NCBI RefSeq assembly: GCF_006345805.1
Contig: NC_043000.1
Coordinates: 115,692,001-115,756,000, forward strand
Source of the DNA: Octopus sinensis
Taxonomy: Eukaryota
Direction: 5' to 3'
DNA: 64,000 nt
Part shown: positions 51,722 through 64,000 of the stretch, piece by piece
How the letters are laid out: each line of letters opens with the position of its first letter
Position numbering within the stretch: the first letter of the stretch is position 1
Notes under the pieces: generated by a model
Told to the model about the DNA's origin: nothing
The model's input: the letters and a program-made list of their open reading frames with translations, nothing else
Database searches by the model: none
Program-made: the position numbers and the translations under genes

Positions 51722-52368
51722 AGGCACAAGGCCTGCCTGAAATTTGGGGGAGGGAAATAGTCGATCATATCGACCCCAGTACTCAGCTGGTACTTAATTT
51801 ACCGACCCCGAAAGGATAAAACGTAAAGTTGACCCCAGCGCAATTCGAACTCGGAACGTAGTGACAAGTCGCATTTCGCCCAACGTGTTAACGATTCTGC
51901 CAGCTCGCCGCCTACAGTTTTTGCGTAAAATAATGTTTTTTACTCTAGGAACAAAGCCAGAAATTTTTTGGGATGGGGTCAGTTGATTAGATGCCAGTAC
52001 GCGAATGATAATTAATTTGTCGACCCCTTGGTAAAGTCGATCACGGTAGAATTCGAACTCAGAACAGCGACAAGCGAAATGCCGCTAGTCATTTCGTCCA
52101 GCACACTACCGATTCTGCCAGCTCGCCGCCAATCGGTTTTGTGTAAAATAATGTTTTATACTGTAGGCTCAAGGCTCGAAATTTTGGGGGAGTGGGCCAG
52201 TCTATTAGATCGACCTCAGTACGCAACAGGTACTTAATTTGTCGATCCCGAAAGAATAAAAAGTAAAGTCGATCTCGGCAGAATTTGAGCTCAGAACATA
52301 GCAACAAGCGAAATGCCGCTAATTGTTTCGTCCAGTGCGCTAACGATTCTGCCATCTCGTCGCCATTC
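51722..52368 (-). mobile_element. Three tandem diverged SINE-A-related copies
   Basis: gattctgcca(g/t)ctcg(c/t)cgcc heads near 51893-51911, 52111-52129 and 52346-52364. Confidence 0.8.
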
Positions 52369-52870
52369 GATTTTATATAAAATAATACAATATGAAAGTA
52401 GACAAAGTTCCCCAGCAAACCAGAAAATTGTTGATTTATCGTTTTTAATTAATAAAGCCATCAATACTATGAGAAAGAATTCCTATAACAGGATGCGGGT
52501 CACATATGTTTCTAGAGCGCTGAGTAAACTTAGCTGCCGCGGAATGATGTGTAAATACGATAAATCATAAAACATGGCATGTATGTGCCTCTGTGTGTGT
52601 CTGTGTATGTGTCTTGTGTGTGTGTGTGTATGTTTTTGAATGTATGGAAATATGGTTGCATCCATGTGACTGTATATATGTGTGTGTGTGTGTGTGTGTA
52701 TTTATATATATATGTATATACACACACATATATGTGTGTGCGTGTATGGGTGTGTAAGTGCATACACACACACACACACACACATATATAATAACATGGA
52801 TGCAAACATATTTCCACACACACATACACACACACACGTTAATGCATACATACATACACACACACACACA

Positions 52871-52926
<56 letters not shown>

Positions 52927-53084
52927 TACATATATATATAATACTCCTGAACCAGTTGGTGAGTGTCTCACCCATGAGGGATCGATACTAGATGTGTCAA
53001 AACAATTGTCGTGATTAATAATAAATTCTCGTATATTCCATCTTCTGTCTTTCATTGCTTTATATATGTATTATTATGTAATAT

Positions 53085-53131
<47 letters not shown>

Positions 53132-53419
53132 TAATATATATATATATATATTATATATATACATACACGTGTATGTGTGTGTGTATTGGGAAAATGGAAT
53201 AAAAACGAAGTATTTCATCTCTTCCTTGGCTTTCCGTCAAATATTTACTTGGTGTGATAAAAGCGGTAAGAGCACCGAACTAAATATGGTAATGCAATTA
53301 TGTACTTTTATATTGAGTTCACGTTCCTCCGCTGTTAACTTTAACGGGCCATCATTTCTGAGTCGATAAAACGATCCACCTATCAAGCACTTATTGAGGT
53401 AATGTAGGATTATGCGTAA

Positions 53420-53818
53420 TCTCTCTCTATATAAAGCTGAAGTTGTCTGTGTATGGCAGGTTTGGTAGCCTTCAACTAACACTATCTCCTCCGAGACCCT
53501 GCGGCGCAAGTTGACCAAAATTGAGAGTATGATAGAAGAAGGCTTGCTCTTCCTTCCGTAGAAGAAACAATTCAAATCGGACCATGTTAACACCAAAAAT
53601 TATTTACATCAAAAAGGTGCTTTTTTTTCTATGAAAATCCCTATTTTTTACGATTTTTTGACTGCTGTGTCGTCATTTTTCGGTGTATTTCAACCAGAAA
53701 AATGTTCACTTAAAGAGAATAACAAGCTACATAATGCATAATTTTTACTTTTCAAAAATTCCAATTCTAAAGGGTCGAAAAGAAAACAAGCCCGAGCAAC
53801 GCTGGGCTATACTGCTAG
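53420..53818 (+). mobile_element. Non-autonomous Helitron (second family)
   Basis: A|TC start; gcccgagcaacgctgggc hairpin then CTAG|T. Confidence 0.75.
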
Positions 53819-54491
53819 TATTAAAATATAACAATGCACAACTCAGCATAGCTCTGTATGATAATGTATAACAATTTATAAGGATAATGCGTAACTCCGA
53901 GGTCGACTTTGTCTTTCATCCTTTCAGAATCGATTAAAAAAGTACCAGTTACGCACTGGGGTAGATGTGATCGACTCACCCCTCCCCACAAATTTCAGGC
54001 CGTGTGTCTATAATACAAAGGATAATGCGTAGCTCTGTGAGACAACGTACTACTATATAATGTATAAATTAGTGCGTGGTTGAGTGGTAAAAAGCTTGCT
54101 TCTCAACCACATGGTTCCGGGTTCAGTCCCACTGCATGGTAACTTGGGTGTCTTCTACTATAGTTTTGGATCGACCAAAACCTTGTGAGTGGATTTGATA
54201 GACGGGAACTGAAAGAAGCCCGTCGTGTATATGTATATATCTATGTGTGTAAAAGATTACTATTTATAACGATAATGTACAGGGCGTTCAGACTAAATTT
54301 GACAGTTTGCATAAATGGAAAAGAAAACACTGTATGCTATCCAAAACTAACTGTGGGGTATGACAAAAATGACGAAAAAAACTTTTTAATAATAATTTAC
54401 TGTATTTGATGGCATAAAAGACGTACGAACGTATTAGACGCACCCCAACAGCGCATGTTAAAAAATTATTTAAAAAAAATATCAACTAGAT

Positions 54492-54570
54492 CAGTGGTTC
54501 CCAAAGTGGGCGGTATTGCTCCCTCCGGGGGGCGATGGAATGATAATGGGGTGGTCAAAATGGGGTGATA
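54492..54570 (+). mobile_element. hAT-like terminal remnant
   Basis: CAGTGGTTCCCAAAGTGGGCGG terminus typical of hAT/Charlie elements. Confidence 0.4.
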
Positions 54571-54574
54571 GATG

Positions 54575-54608
<34 letters not shown>

Positions 54609-54706
54609 CTTTACTACCCACAAGGGACTAAACACAGAGGGGACAAACAAGGACAGTCAAAGGGATTAAGTCGATTAGATCGACACCAGTGCGTAACTGG
54701 CACTTA

Positions 54707-54747
<41 letters not shown>

Positions 54748-54755
54748 ATATAGGT

Positions 54756-55016
54756 GAGATAGTGCCAATGATTATTCGATCCTTGGGAACAGTATCAGAA
54801 GGCATCAAGAGGAATATAGAGGAAATTGGAATAGAGTGCACAGTAGACCTATTACAAAAGGTTTGCCTCCTTGGCACGGCCAGAATGATCAGGAAAGTAT
54901 GAGATAACCGAAAAGAATGAATAGCATGGTGCCATAGGCTGCAGGTAGCAAGCCCACTACGCGTGCAAGACTCAAGGAATTCCTACAAAACATGTGATAA
55001 AGAGAAAATAATAATA
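54756..55016 (+). mobile_element. R4/Dong-like RLE LINE 3' end
   Basis: EIVPMIIRSLGTVS..LLQKVCLLGTARMIRKV* (54756-54902), UTR, aataataat tail. Confidence 0.75.
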
Positions 55017-55029
55017 CAGAAGCTAGAAC

Positions 55030-55186
55030 ATCTAAAAAAAAAAAAAAACACGCATTTCTTGGAACTGCAAGAATTCTTCACAGGGATCTTGAAGCATGAC
55101 CAGTAAACAAGTATCACCTTAGTCTACCGGCTGTGGACAGCTGACACTTCCAGCAAAATAAGCTGAGAGATTTCATCAAATAATAA
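55030..55186 (+). mobile_element. Second, different R4/Dong-like 3' end
   Basis: KHAFLGTARILHRDLEA* (55046-55099), UTR, aaataataa tail. Confidence 0.6.
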
Positions 55187-55737
55187 AACAAACTATTACA
55201 TCTAAATGGCTTGCTTCCTGTCAGTTTGAAATAAACAACACCTAACGTTGATGATAAAAAGAAAATAACAAAATATGTTTAATCTTTAGAATACCCAAAG
55301 AAACTTGAAAGAAGTAGCAAAGAAGCTGCTTAGGTTTTATAGAATCAGCTTACAAACATTGTGATCTGTTTAATAACTGCTCTTAACATCAATTTCAGGA
55401 TATATATGTTCAATCAGAGCTCTTAAGTTGCTGCTTCAATTGTTGACACACAAAAGAAAATCTGTTTATGAAACAATAATGTTCTTTTGTTAAGTAGATG
55501 TCATAAGTTTGAAGATTTCGATGGACATAAAACACAGCCCGAAAAGGTTTACCTTGTTCTGCTGTCAAAAACAATTGAGATTAATATTTTCCTGCATAAT
55601 CCTTCATCGAAAATGAAAATACATTGGCCTCTAAATGTGTGGTTTTAAACCTGTTGTAGCACGGCATCCCTTTTCACCAAAAGGCGTCTTACAAACATCT
55701 CTTGGGTTGTTTTAAAGAAAACCTCGAAGGGTTTAGC

Positions 55738-55964
55738 GGCGAGCTGGCAGAAACGTTAGCACGCCGGGCGAAATGCTTAGCAGTATTTCGTCTGTCGCTA
55801 CGTTCTGAGTTCAAATTCCGCCGAGGTCGACTTTGCCTTTCATCCCTTCGGGGTCGATTAAATAAGTACCAGATACGCACTGGGGTCGATATAATCGACT
55901 TAATCCGTTTGTCTGTCCTTGTTCGTCCTCTCTGTGTTTAGCCCGTTGTGGGTACTAAAGAAAT
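55738..55964 (+). mobile_element. SINE-A, full length, 10-bp TSD
   Basis: TSD agggtttagc at 55728-55737 and 55965-55974. Confidence 0.9.
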
Positions 55965-56464
55965 AGGGTTTAGCTGAACAGATCGACCCCAAAGTGATAA
56001 CATGTCAACTTAATGTGACAGTCCCATAAGAGGGAAGAATGCTACTGTTATCTAGCCCTAGGAAACACTGTTTGCTGTTGGACTTGACACATTTCCTGTA
56101 TCCTTATGTTTTCAAAGTGGAGACAAGCACCTCCGCCCAGCAAAGCCAACATCCAGAGACTAGTTTCAGAGTCGTTGCTCATCATCAGTCCGGAGTAGCA
56201 TAGCTTGCTAGCTGCCGATGCCTATCTGCCTTTGAAAACGGATATATTTCAAGTGAAATACATTCACTGATTTTTGAAAATAGAAATAATATCTTATATT
56301 TTATCGTACTTGTTTTGCCAAACCACTAAGTTACGGGGACGCAAACAAAGCAACACCGGCTTTCAAGTATTAGGTGATGGTGGTGGTGGGAAATACAAGC
56401 ACAAATACACATATGTTTGTATACATACACACGCATATATAGCCATGTATATATGTGTGTATAC

Positions 56465-56495
<31 letters not shown>

Positions 56496-56513
56496 TTTAT
56501 TCGTTCATTTTTT

Positions 56514-56718
56514 TTTGTTTCAGTCATTTGACTGCGGCCATGATACAGCACCGCCTTTAGTCGAACGAATCGACCCAAGGCCTTATTCTTTTGTAAGCCT
56601 AGTACTTATTCGATCGGTCTCTCTTGCCGAACTGTTAACTTACGGGAACGTAAACACACCAACATCGGTTGTCAAGCGATGGTGGTGGGGAACACAGACA
56701 CACAAACATATACATACA

Positions 56719-56763
<45 letters not shown>

Positions 56764-56920
56764 GATGGGCTTCGTTCAGTTTTCGTCTACCAAATCCACT
56801 CTCAAGGCTTTGGTCGGCCCAAGGCTATAGTAGAAGACACTTGCCCAAGGTGCCACGCAGTGGGACTGAATCCGGAACCCTGTGGTTGGAAAGGAATCTT
56901 CTTACCACACAACCACTCCT
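56514..56920 (-). mobile_element. SINE family B, full length
   Basis: Reverse complement of the family consensus. Confidence 0.88.
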
Positions 56921-57621
56921 ACGCCTATTAAATATTTGTTTCAAATTGTGTCATAAGCCAAGCATGTTCAGGGTTAAGTGGATTACATCGACCCCCCTGT
57001 AGTCACGACTGGTACTTATTTTATCGCCCCTTGAAAGATGGATGGCTTGCCTGCAGTCGCAAGCCGGGGTCCCATAAGAGATAATTGTATTCATCGTTGG
57101 TAAGAAATCTATCACCCTGTAGAAATAATTGGGGAAAGTGACTTAGTCTGGGAGGTAGAGTAAGAGGTCTTAGTGCCTCGATTCGTACTTGGTGATTTTG
57201 GTAAGAGGCTCAGCGCCTCAATTTGTAATTTTTGTAAGAGGTTCAACACCTCATTTGTGTTTTAAAAAAGAACAATGTTATCGGGAAGTAACAATCGGTG
57301 GGCAGTGTCTGCTTCCGCCACCAACCATCTCTTTTTTCATTTCATCATCATCATTGTGTCTGAATCCAGCCCGCAAGCTTCCATCTGCATTATGCCTTTA
57401 TGGCAAATGTAATGAAATAAAGAAGCTTGCTTCCCATTCTCATGGTTCTGGGTTCAGTCCCACTGCGTGGCACCTTGGGCAATTGTCTTCTACTATAGCC
57501 TCGACCTGACCAAAGCCTTGTGAGTGGATATCGTGCACGGAAGCTGATAGAGGCCCGTCGTGTGTGTGTATGTCATTGTGTGTGTGTCTGTACTTGTGTT
57601 CGTGCTCCACCACGGGTTTGG

Positions 57622-58500
57622 CTGCAGTCGCAAGCCGGGGTCCCATAAGAGATGATTGTATTCATCCTTGCTAAAGGAATCCATCACCTTGTAGAAATAA
57701 TTTTCCTCCATGACCTCTGCATCCACCTGCGGAAGCCAATCCGGGCTTTCAATGCAGGTCAGAACATCCTCTTCCCGACCTTCCAGATTCCTCACAAAGT
57801 TCTCTACGGCCCCTCCCTTAAGAAAGAAGATCAGAAATTCCTCATTTACTATATTGGGAGGAAGCCACAGTTTCCTCCGTCGGTGGCACAATTCCCACCG
57901 ACGAGGTTTCAGGACATGTTGGCAGTGTACCGCTAACCGCTGCCACTGTCCTATTCTTTTTCTTCTTTTTTTTCTATTCTTTGATACGGGAGGGGGTGGT
58001 TACTTTGCTTTAGGCGGAGGATCATACCTCCCACCCGCAGCTTTAGGGTCCTCGGTCAGCACAGGTGACACTTGGGGTGGGGGTCCCTCAAGTATTACCG
58101 GCTACCTGCAACCGGCCATTTTCAAAAAGTCTGGAAAAACTAGATTCTTGGCTGATTGGGTTCACAGAATCAAAAGAGCTTTTGACCCAAGCCAATCAGC
58201 TGCCGGCAAAATTTTAACATTAAGCAGCTTAGATCCGCTGCCACCCAGACCCCGGCGGATAGTGTCTTCTATCCACTCGGGTTCTATCCCAGGTGGCAAT
58301 CCGCAGACCTGAGCTCTTGTCAACTTCTTCCAACAATACGTGGGAAGAAACAAAATCTCTTTGCCCTCTAAAGGCTGGCTCACAAATTTGCAAGCCTCCT
58401 CAGGTGTGTCAAATAGCAACCACACCGTTGCATACTTGACCCCACTGGAGATGAATCTTATAGTTGGCAAATACTCTGCCAACTCTTTTTCGATTTGTAT
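57622..58500 (-). pseudogene. Decayed gag/ORF1-like retroelement segment
   Basis: Open stretch 58162-58500 (RRM-like LPTY..QVCGLPP); then across a stop and frameshift PVILEG.PP-KCHLC (CCHC-knuckle-like); second open stretch near 57891-57625. Confidence 0.5.
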
Positions 58501-58641
58501 CTTTTAAATAAACACAAGCAACAAACCCCTACTGAATCGCAACGAAACAAATGTCTTACCTTGTAGTTGTGCTTCATTTGTTCAATAATTCACAACGTTG
58601 GTGTCATGACTACTAGCAGTGCAAAAAAACAAAAACAATGA

Positions 58642-58657
58642 CCAGCGCATGCGCTGG
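58642..58657. promoter_or_regulatory. NRF1/Ewg-like site in a perfect 16-bp palindrome
   Basis: CCAGCGCATGCGCTGG contains GCGCATGCGC. Confidence 0.4.
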
Positions 58658-58732
58658 AAGCAAGCTTCTTCCCACACAACAGTTTGTGTATATTTCTCCG
58701 CTCGCGTGTTTATGGTCGTATATATGCATGTA

Positions 58733-58780
<48 letters not shown>

Positions 58781-60209
58781 TGTGTGTGTATGTGTTTGTG
58801 TGTGTGTTTGGCGTTTGCGCTAAAAAGTGAGATCGCCAAATGAGGTTGACTGTTCAGTCACACCTGCGCCTATAAAACCTACAAAGCCAGCACTTTTAGC
58901 AGTAAAGGATTAACGGATTACACCGAATACAGGATTGAACTCGCACTCTATTTTATCTATTCCAAAAATATGAAAGGCAAAGACCTGTACAGAATCTGAA
59001 CTTAGAACGCAAGGAATCGGAATAAATGCCGTCTTGAATTTCGTCTGAAGTGTTGAAGCTTCTGTCAGTTCATTGCACATTTAATGAGAATATATTTGAA
59101 GTTGTCCAGTGTATGAAACGTGACGGGATAAAAGCTATCTTCTAGTTTAGTAAATCTACCAAACAATTCATTATGCTACTCCATTTCTTCAAAAGCCATA
59201 TACAAACTACACTGAATATTTAATTAGTTAACAGACGTTCCAGTAATTTGTTTAATCAAACTCAAATAAAAGACTGATGTGCTCCAACCGCCCTCACACC
59301 CACATCCAAACCGGCTTACGTAATTTCTTTGCAGCTGTTAGTCCCATGCAAATATTTGAAGCATTCAATTCAGAAGAAAACTAACTAGATATGCCAACCA
59401 TATCCCCAAAGTATTCTACGTACGTTGTGTTAAGATTTAAATTTATTCACACTTGTCACTGTCTTCAGATTGTTCCAGATTCCGGAAAACTTATTTCGAA
59501 TTGTCGCGTCTGTCAGTGTAAATGCTATGTACAGGCAGGTCGGGCTCTATTGATTAAACGGCGACCCCATCGTTTTAGAAAGCAGGCGTTGACCTTTAGT
59601 TTAAGTTGAATATCAAACACGTCGATCTCAACAGTTTGGGAGTGACAGCATCACTTCACCACTCCGACTAATTATTATCAAAAACACAAAAAGGTAAAAA
59701 AGATACAAAGCTACAGTGATGACAAGATACGCCATTGGGAAAACAACGCTGCGAAGTCTATAAAACGCTAGTCATCTTCGCTAGACGGACACCTTTTCGT
59801 CTCGGCAAGAAATTATCAATAAATGTTTTGAAACAACTTAAAATAATTCATTATTTCATAATTTAATTAAGAAATGTACAGAGATATCGGCTTCAGAATA
59901 TTTTCTATTTTACACGGAATAATTAAGCAGTGTTTGATAAACATAATATATCAGGTTGAGAAGCATCTAATATGTAAACACATTCCTTGTTTGGAGATAT
60001 TTTTTTTTAGTCTACAGCAAGTTCGATAACACTTTCGAATTAAACTATGTGAAAGAAAAATTTGGAAGTGGTTTCTTCAATTTATAGATTAAATTCCAAA
60101 GAATTTTATTTAATGTTTACAAGCTAAAGTGTGAAAGTACATAGGAAAAAAATAATTTTGACAAAACTATTCCGTTTTTTAAATATAGTATCATAGCACA
60201 ACACAAACA

Positions 60210-60216
60210 CACATGT

Positions 60217-60306
<90 letters not shown>

Positions 60307-60332
60307 GTATATATATATATATAGATATATAT

Positions 60333-60387
<55 letters not shown>

Positions 60388-60388
60388 G

Positions 60389-60419
<31 letters not shown>

Positions 60420-60510
60420 GTATATATATGTATATTATGTATGTATATATATGTATATATATATGTATATATATGTATATATATGTATATATATATATGT
60501 AATATATATG

Positions 60511-60542
<32 letters not shown>

Positions 60543-60549
60543 TATATAC
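60210..60549. repeat. (TA)n/(TATATG)n tract
   Basis: Low-complexity AT tract. Confidence 0.95.
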
Positions 60550-61234
60550 TGAAGAGGTTGAACAAGAATAAATTCATATTAGAAAGCAAAAAGAAACTGC
60601 TTTAAGAAGTTTATCATGGATAAAAGAAAGAAAGCAACTCCATTTCTTTTTTATCAAAGTTTTCTACCGGTTTCTATCGCTTTAAAAAATGATTTAGAGA
60701 TTCTGAAATAAAAAGGAAACTAAATTGAATAAAATTAATCTTTCACGATATCAGCTCAGGAAGTTCACGTTTTCCATACAAACGTCATATGCTGTTGTGT
60801 TTCTTCCTAATGGCTACTGGGTCATAGTAGTAGTAATAGTAGTAGTAGTAGTTGAAGCGTTGGTAGTTGTTATTTTTCAATAAGGAAGCGCCATTAGTAA
60901 CAGGAATCGTTGCGAGCATGCGCGTTACCATCACTGATACAATGAAAGATTAATTTAATTTTATTCATTTTCCTTTCAATTTCATCACAACTGAATCATC
61001 TTTTATTGCAATTGAAACCAGTAGCATATTTTGATAATGTAAACATTTTCTTTCTCTAGTCTGTGACAAATTTCTCAAAGCAGATTTAGTGGTAAGACGG
61101 TTTGACCTCTATTTTTAGCATACAAGGAATCCACATAGTGATCTCTCATATTGTTTATATTTAAATAGAATTCACGGTCCTCGGACATTTTTAAGTATGC
61201 TGACCACTGGTTGAATTTGTTATTTAATAATATT

Positions 61235-61534
61235 GTTTGTTCCTTCTCAAGCCATGCCTGGCTCATAAATGCCAGTTTCCCGGTTTCCTTTGTGTATAGG
61301 TTCCCCACCTAAACGGGACGCCGGTCCGTTGCAGGTGAACTGCAAGATGCAAGAGGAAAGAGCGAGAAAATGGTGTGGTGAAAGAGTCAGCAGAAGTTCG
61401 CTACTACCTTCTGCTGGAACCGCGTGGAGCTTAGGTGTTTCGCTCAAAAACACACACAACATCCGGTCTGAGATTCCAACCCACGATCCCTCGACCGCGA
61501 GTCCGCTGCTCTAACCACTAGGCCATGAGCCTCC
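61235..61534 (-). mobile_element. SINE with family-C head and a different 3' region
   Basis: Head ggaggctcatggcctagtggttagagcagcggactcgcgg matches 41372; body diverges after about 130 nt. Confidence 0.7.
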
Positions 61535-62454
61535 ACAATAATATTAATTTCTACTTATATTATTTAATTTCAAATATCTGTGTTCTCTAGCCAGTTGATT
61601 CACTGCTGAATATTATTCACGGCAGTTATTTTCTGGCTTAGAGTGCTAGTACGAGGGCGTTTGAATCGAAGTTAAAATACATGATATTGGAACTCTATAC
61701 ATTCGGATCCTCTCGTGGAGACGGGTGGTGTCCAGTTCCATTGTTGTGACAGCACCGATTTTTTTGTGCTAATGAGAAATGTTTTTGTTCTAGTGTGTTT
61801 GTAAGAAATTTGATCCCGCGTTTGTTGTTAGGTGATTCATATTCCGTTTCAATTAAACCAATTCATTATACATATACGGACATAAATCGACATACTGATA
61901 CATGTATACATATATGCACACGCACGGTGGCAAATACACATGCATATATGATTCCCTTTTACCTCGTTGGTCGACGGTATTGCAGAGACATTAAGTTAAC
62001 CACCTCTGCTGTAACTGGGCTATTTCCAGAAGCAAGTACCTTGACCTTAATACACATATTACCTCTCCACTCGAGAAGGACAGTCTTTTGGATTTCTCTG
62101 AGACATGGTTCTCCTGGGATATTATCTAGATGTTTTTGACATCCCCTTCTTCTTCTTCTTCTTCTTCTTCTTCTTCTTCTTCTTCTTCTTCTTCTCTTCT
62201 TCTTCTTCTCTTCTTCTCATAGTGGGGAAAATTTGTGCAGAGCTTGTCGCGTCCTTCAAACTTGTACTAGTCCGGTGTAACAAGTGTCATGAGCCAATAA
62301 CAGGATTTGTATGGAGTTATTTTCTCTTATACAAGTAGCTAAAGAGCTGAAGTGTCTCATCTGACCTGGATCCGTCGGGGCGCCTGAGAATAAGCTTCCA
62401 GAAACAATTCTGTGACATACTAATTGTCCCATAGCTGGACCCTGACAGTGAAGG

Positions 62455-63010
62455 CGCATTGCTCAGCGGTTACAGCGTCAGCTTCACAATCATGAGGTAG
62501 TGAGTTAAATCCCTGGACCGGGCTCTGTATTGTGCTCTTGAGCAAGGAACATTATTTCACGTTGTTCCAGTTCAGTCAGCTGTAGAAATGAGTTGTGACG
62601 TCACTCGTGCCAAGCTGTACAGGCCTTTGCCTTTCCCTTGGATAACATCGGTGGCGTAGAGAGGGGAGGCTGGTATGCATGGGTGACTCCTGGTCTTTCA
62701 TAAACAAATTTGCCCGGACTCGTACCTCAGAGGGAAACTTTGCCTTTCCCTTGGATAACATCGGTGGCGTAGAGAGGGGAGGCTGGTATGCATGGGTGAC
62801 TCCTGGTCTTTCATAAACAAATTTGCCCGGACTCGTACCTCAGAGGGAAACTTTGCCTTTCCCTTGGATAACATCGGTGGCGTAGAGAGGAAAGGCTGGT
62901 AGACATGGGTGACTCCTGGTCTTTCGTAAACAAATTTGCCCGGACTTGTGCCTCAGAGGGAAACTTTCTAGGTTCAATCCCATAGACATTCATGACCAAA
63001 AGGGTCCTCT
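62455..63010 (+). mobile_element. SINE-like element with internal 3 x 113-bp tandem repeat (62625-62967)
   Basis: tRNA-like head gctcagcggttacagcg..gagttaaatccc; units start at 62625, 62738 and 62851. Confidence 0.7.
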
Positions 63011-63586
63011 CTGGAGCCTGACAGGTGCTATTACTCTGAATCCGAGAAAACCTGGAAACAATAGTGGCTAAGATGTGATCCCACACCCCTCAAAACCCTA
63101 GAATTCCCGAGCAAAGGGATTTCAAATTATACTTAGGACATAGAAACGCGTGTACAGTATCGATAAAGTCACCACATTTGGGTTTTATTTTGTGTGATAT
63201 ACGTTTATGAGATGAACGATACATTTGTGGTCTAGAATTGATATTTATTGTATTAGTGGTAGCGAAGGTGTGAAATAATGATATTAGATGCAATAGTGGC
63301 AGAGATGGCGTTAGGTTTATAAAATAGAAATTTATTTCTGATAGTAATGAGATTAAATACGAATACATGTAAAGTGGCACAGTCACAGTCATTCGCAATA
63401 ACATATACATGGGAACATGTATAGGAATGGAGGAAGGAAATGGAAAAACCGCACATATATACACATGGGAACATAGTAAACGCATATATACACATTCTCA
63501 GTAGTGTGTATACGATTGTAACAAATGAGTACATAAATAAAAACACACACACATATAATTATATGTGTATATATATATATATATAT

Positions 63587-63638
<52 letters not shown>

Positions 63639-64000
63639 ACAAGAATATAGACATACATATGTACATATATATATGTATATATATATATTATATATATATA
63701 TATACATATGCGTACATATATATATATATTTATATTACACTCACACATACTCAGGGACAAAATGTACAGGATTATATGAGTATATACACATGATCATTCA
63801 GAAAAAACACGTATACACACACAGAACTGCACACTCGTATATACAACAGGACTAAATTGCAATTAAAAATAACGTACAATTAAAACAGCAGCACAAAAAA
63901 AGAGAGAAAGAAAACAAAACCAACAAAACGCGGAAAAGTACGAAAAATGGACAATTAACTTTCTATTAAATTAAACAACCGAGAAAATATTTTTTAAAAA

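Noticed and set aside
55300-55690. Possible integrase or transposase relic
   Set aside because: No convincing catalytic motif in any frame by manual translation
59391-59609. Cys-rich ORF (NCRVCQCKC) after a pyrimidine-CAG
   Set aside because: Donor sites are weak and no domain pattern was recognised; needs RNA evidence

Overview
This is AT-rich, microsatellite-saturated eukaryotic (metazoan) genomic DNA with a 100-N gap at 40813-40912. The repeat families look like those of coleoid cephalopods, probably Octopus; this is recognition, not a search result. No intact protein-coding gene is supportable, and almost all listed ORFs are microsatellite read-throughs. The main structure is a 6.2-kb minus-strand tandem array of 29 intron-containing tRNA-Tyr(GTA) genes (unit about 187-188 bp, 10746-16990), plus a lone inverted tRNA-Tyr at 3280 with an atypical G73. 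Five array copies carry the same 143-bp 5'-truncated SINE inside the tRNA intron, with a 19-bp TSD, spread by higher-order duplication. Two of these five keep perfect exons, so they could splice out a SINE-bearing 185-nt intron (a possible tricRNA) or terminate early at a new T4. The second theme is a set of short repeat families, found near Penelope-like GIY-YIG relics, that fold into minimal type-I hammerhead-like motifs with covarying stems but non-canonical cores. The rest is SINEs, mariner/pogo/hAT remnants, non-autonomous Helitrons, RLE-type and other LINE relics, and two AT-centred fold-back palindromes that may be artefacts. All coordinates and counts were made by hand.
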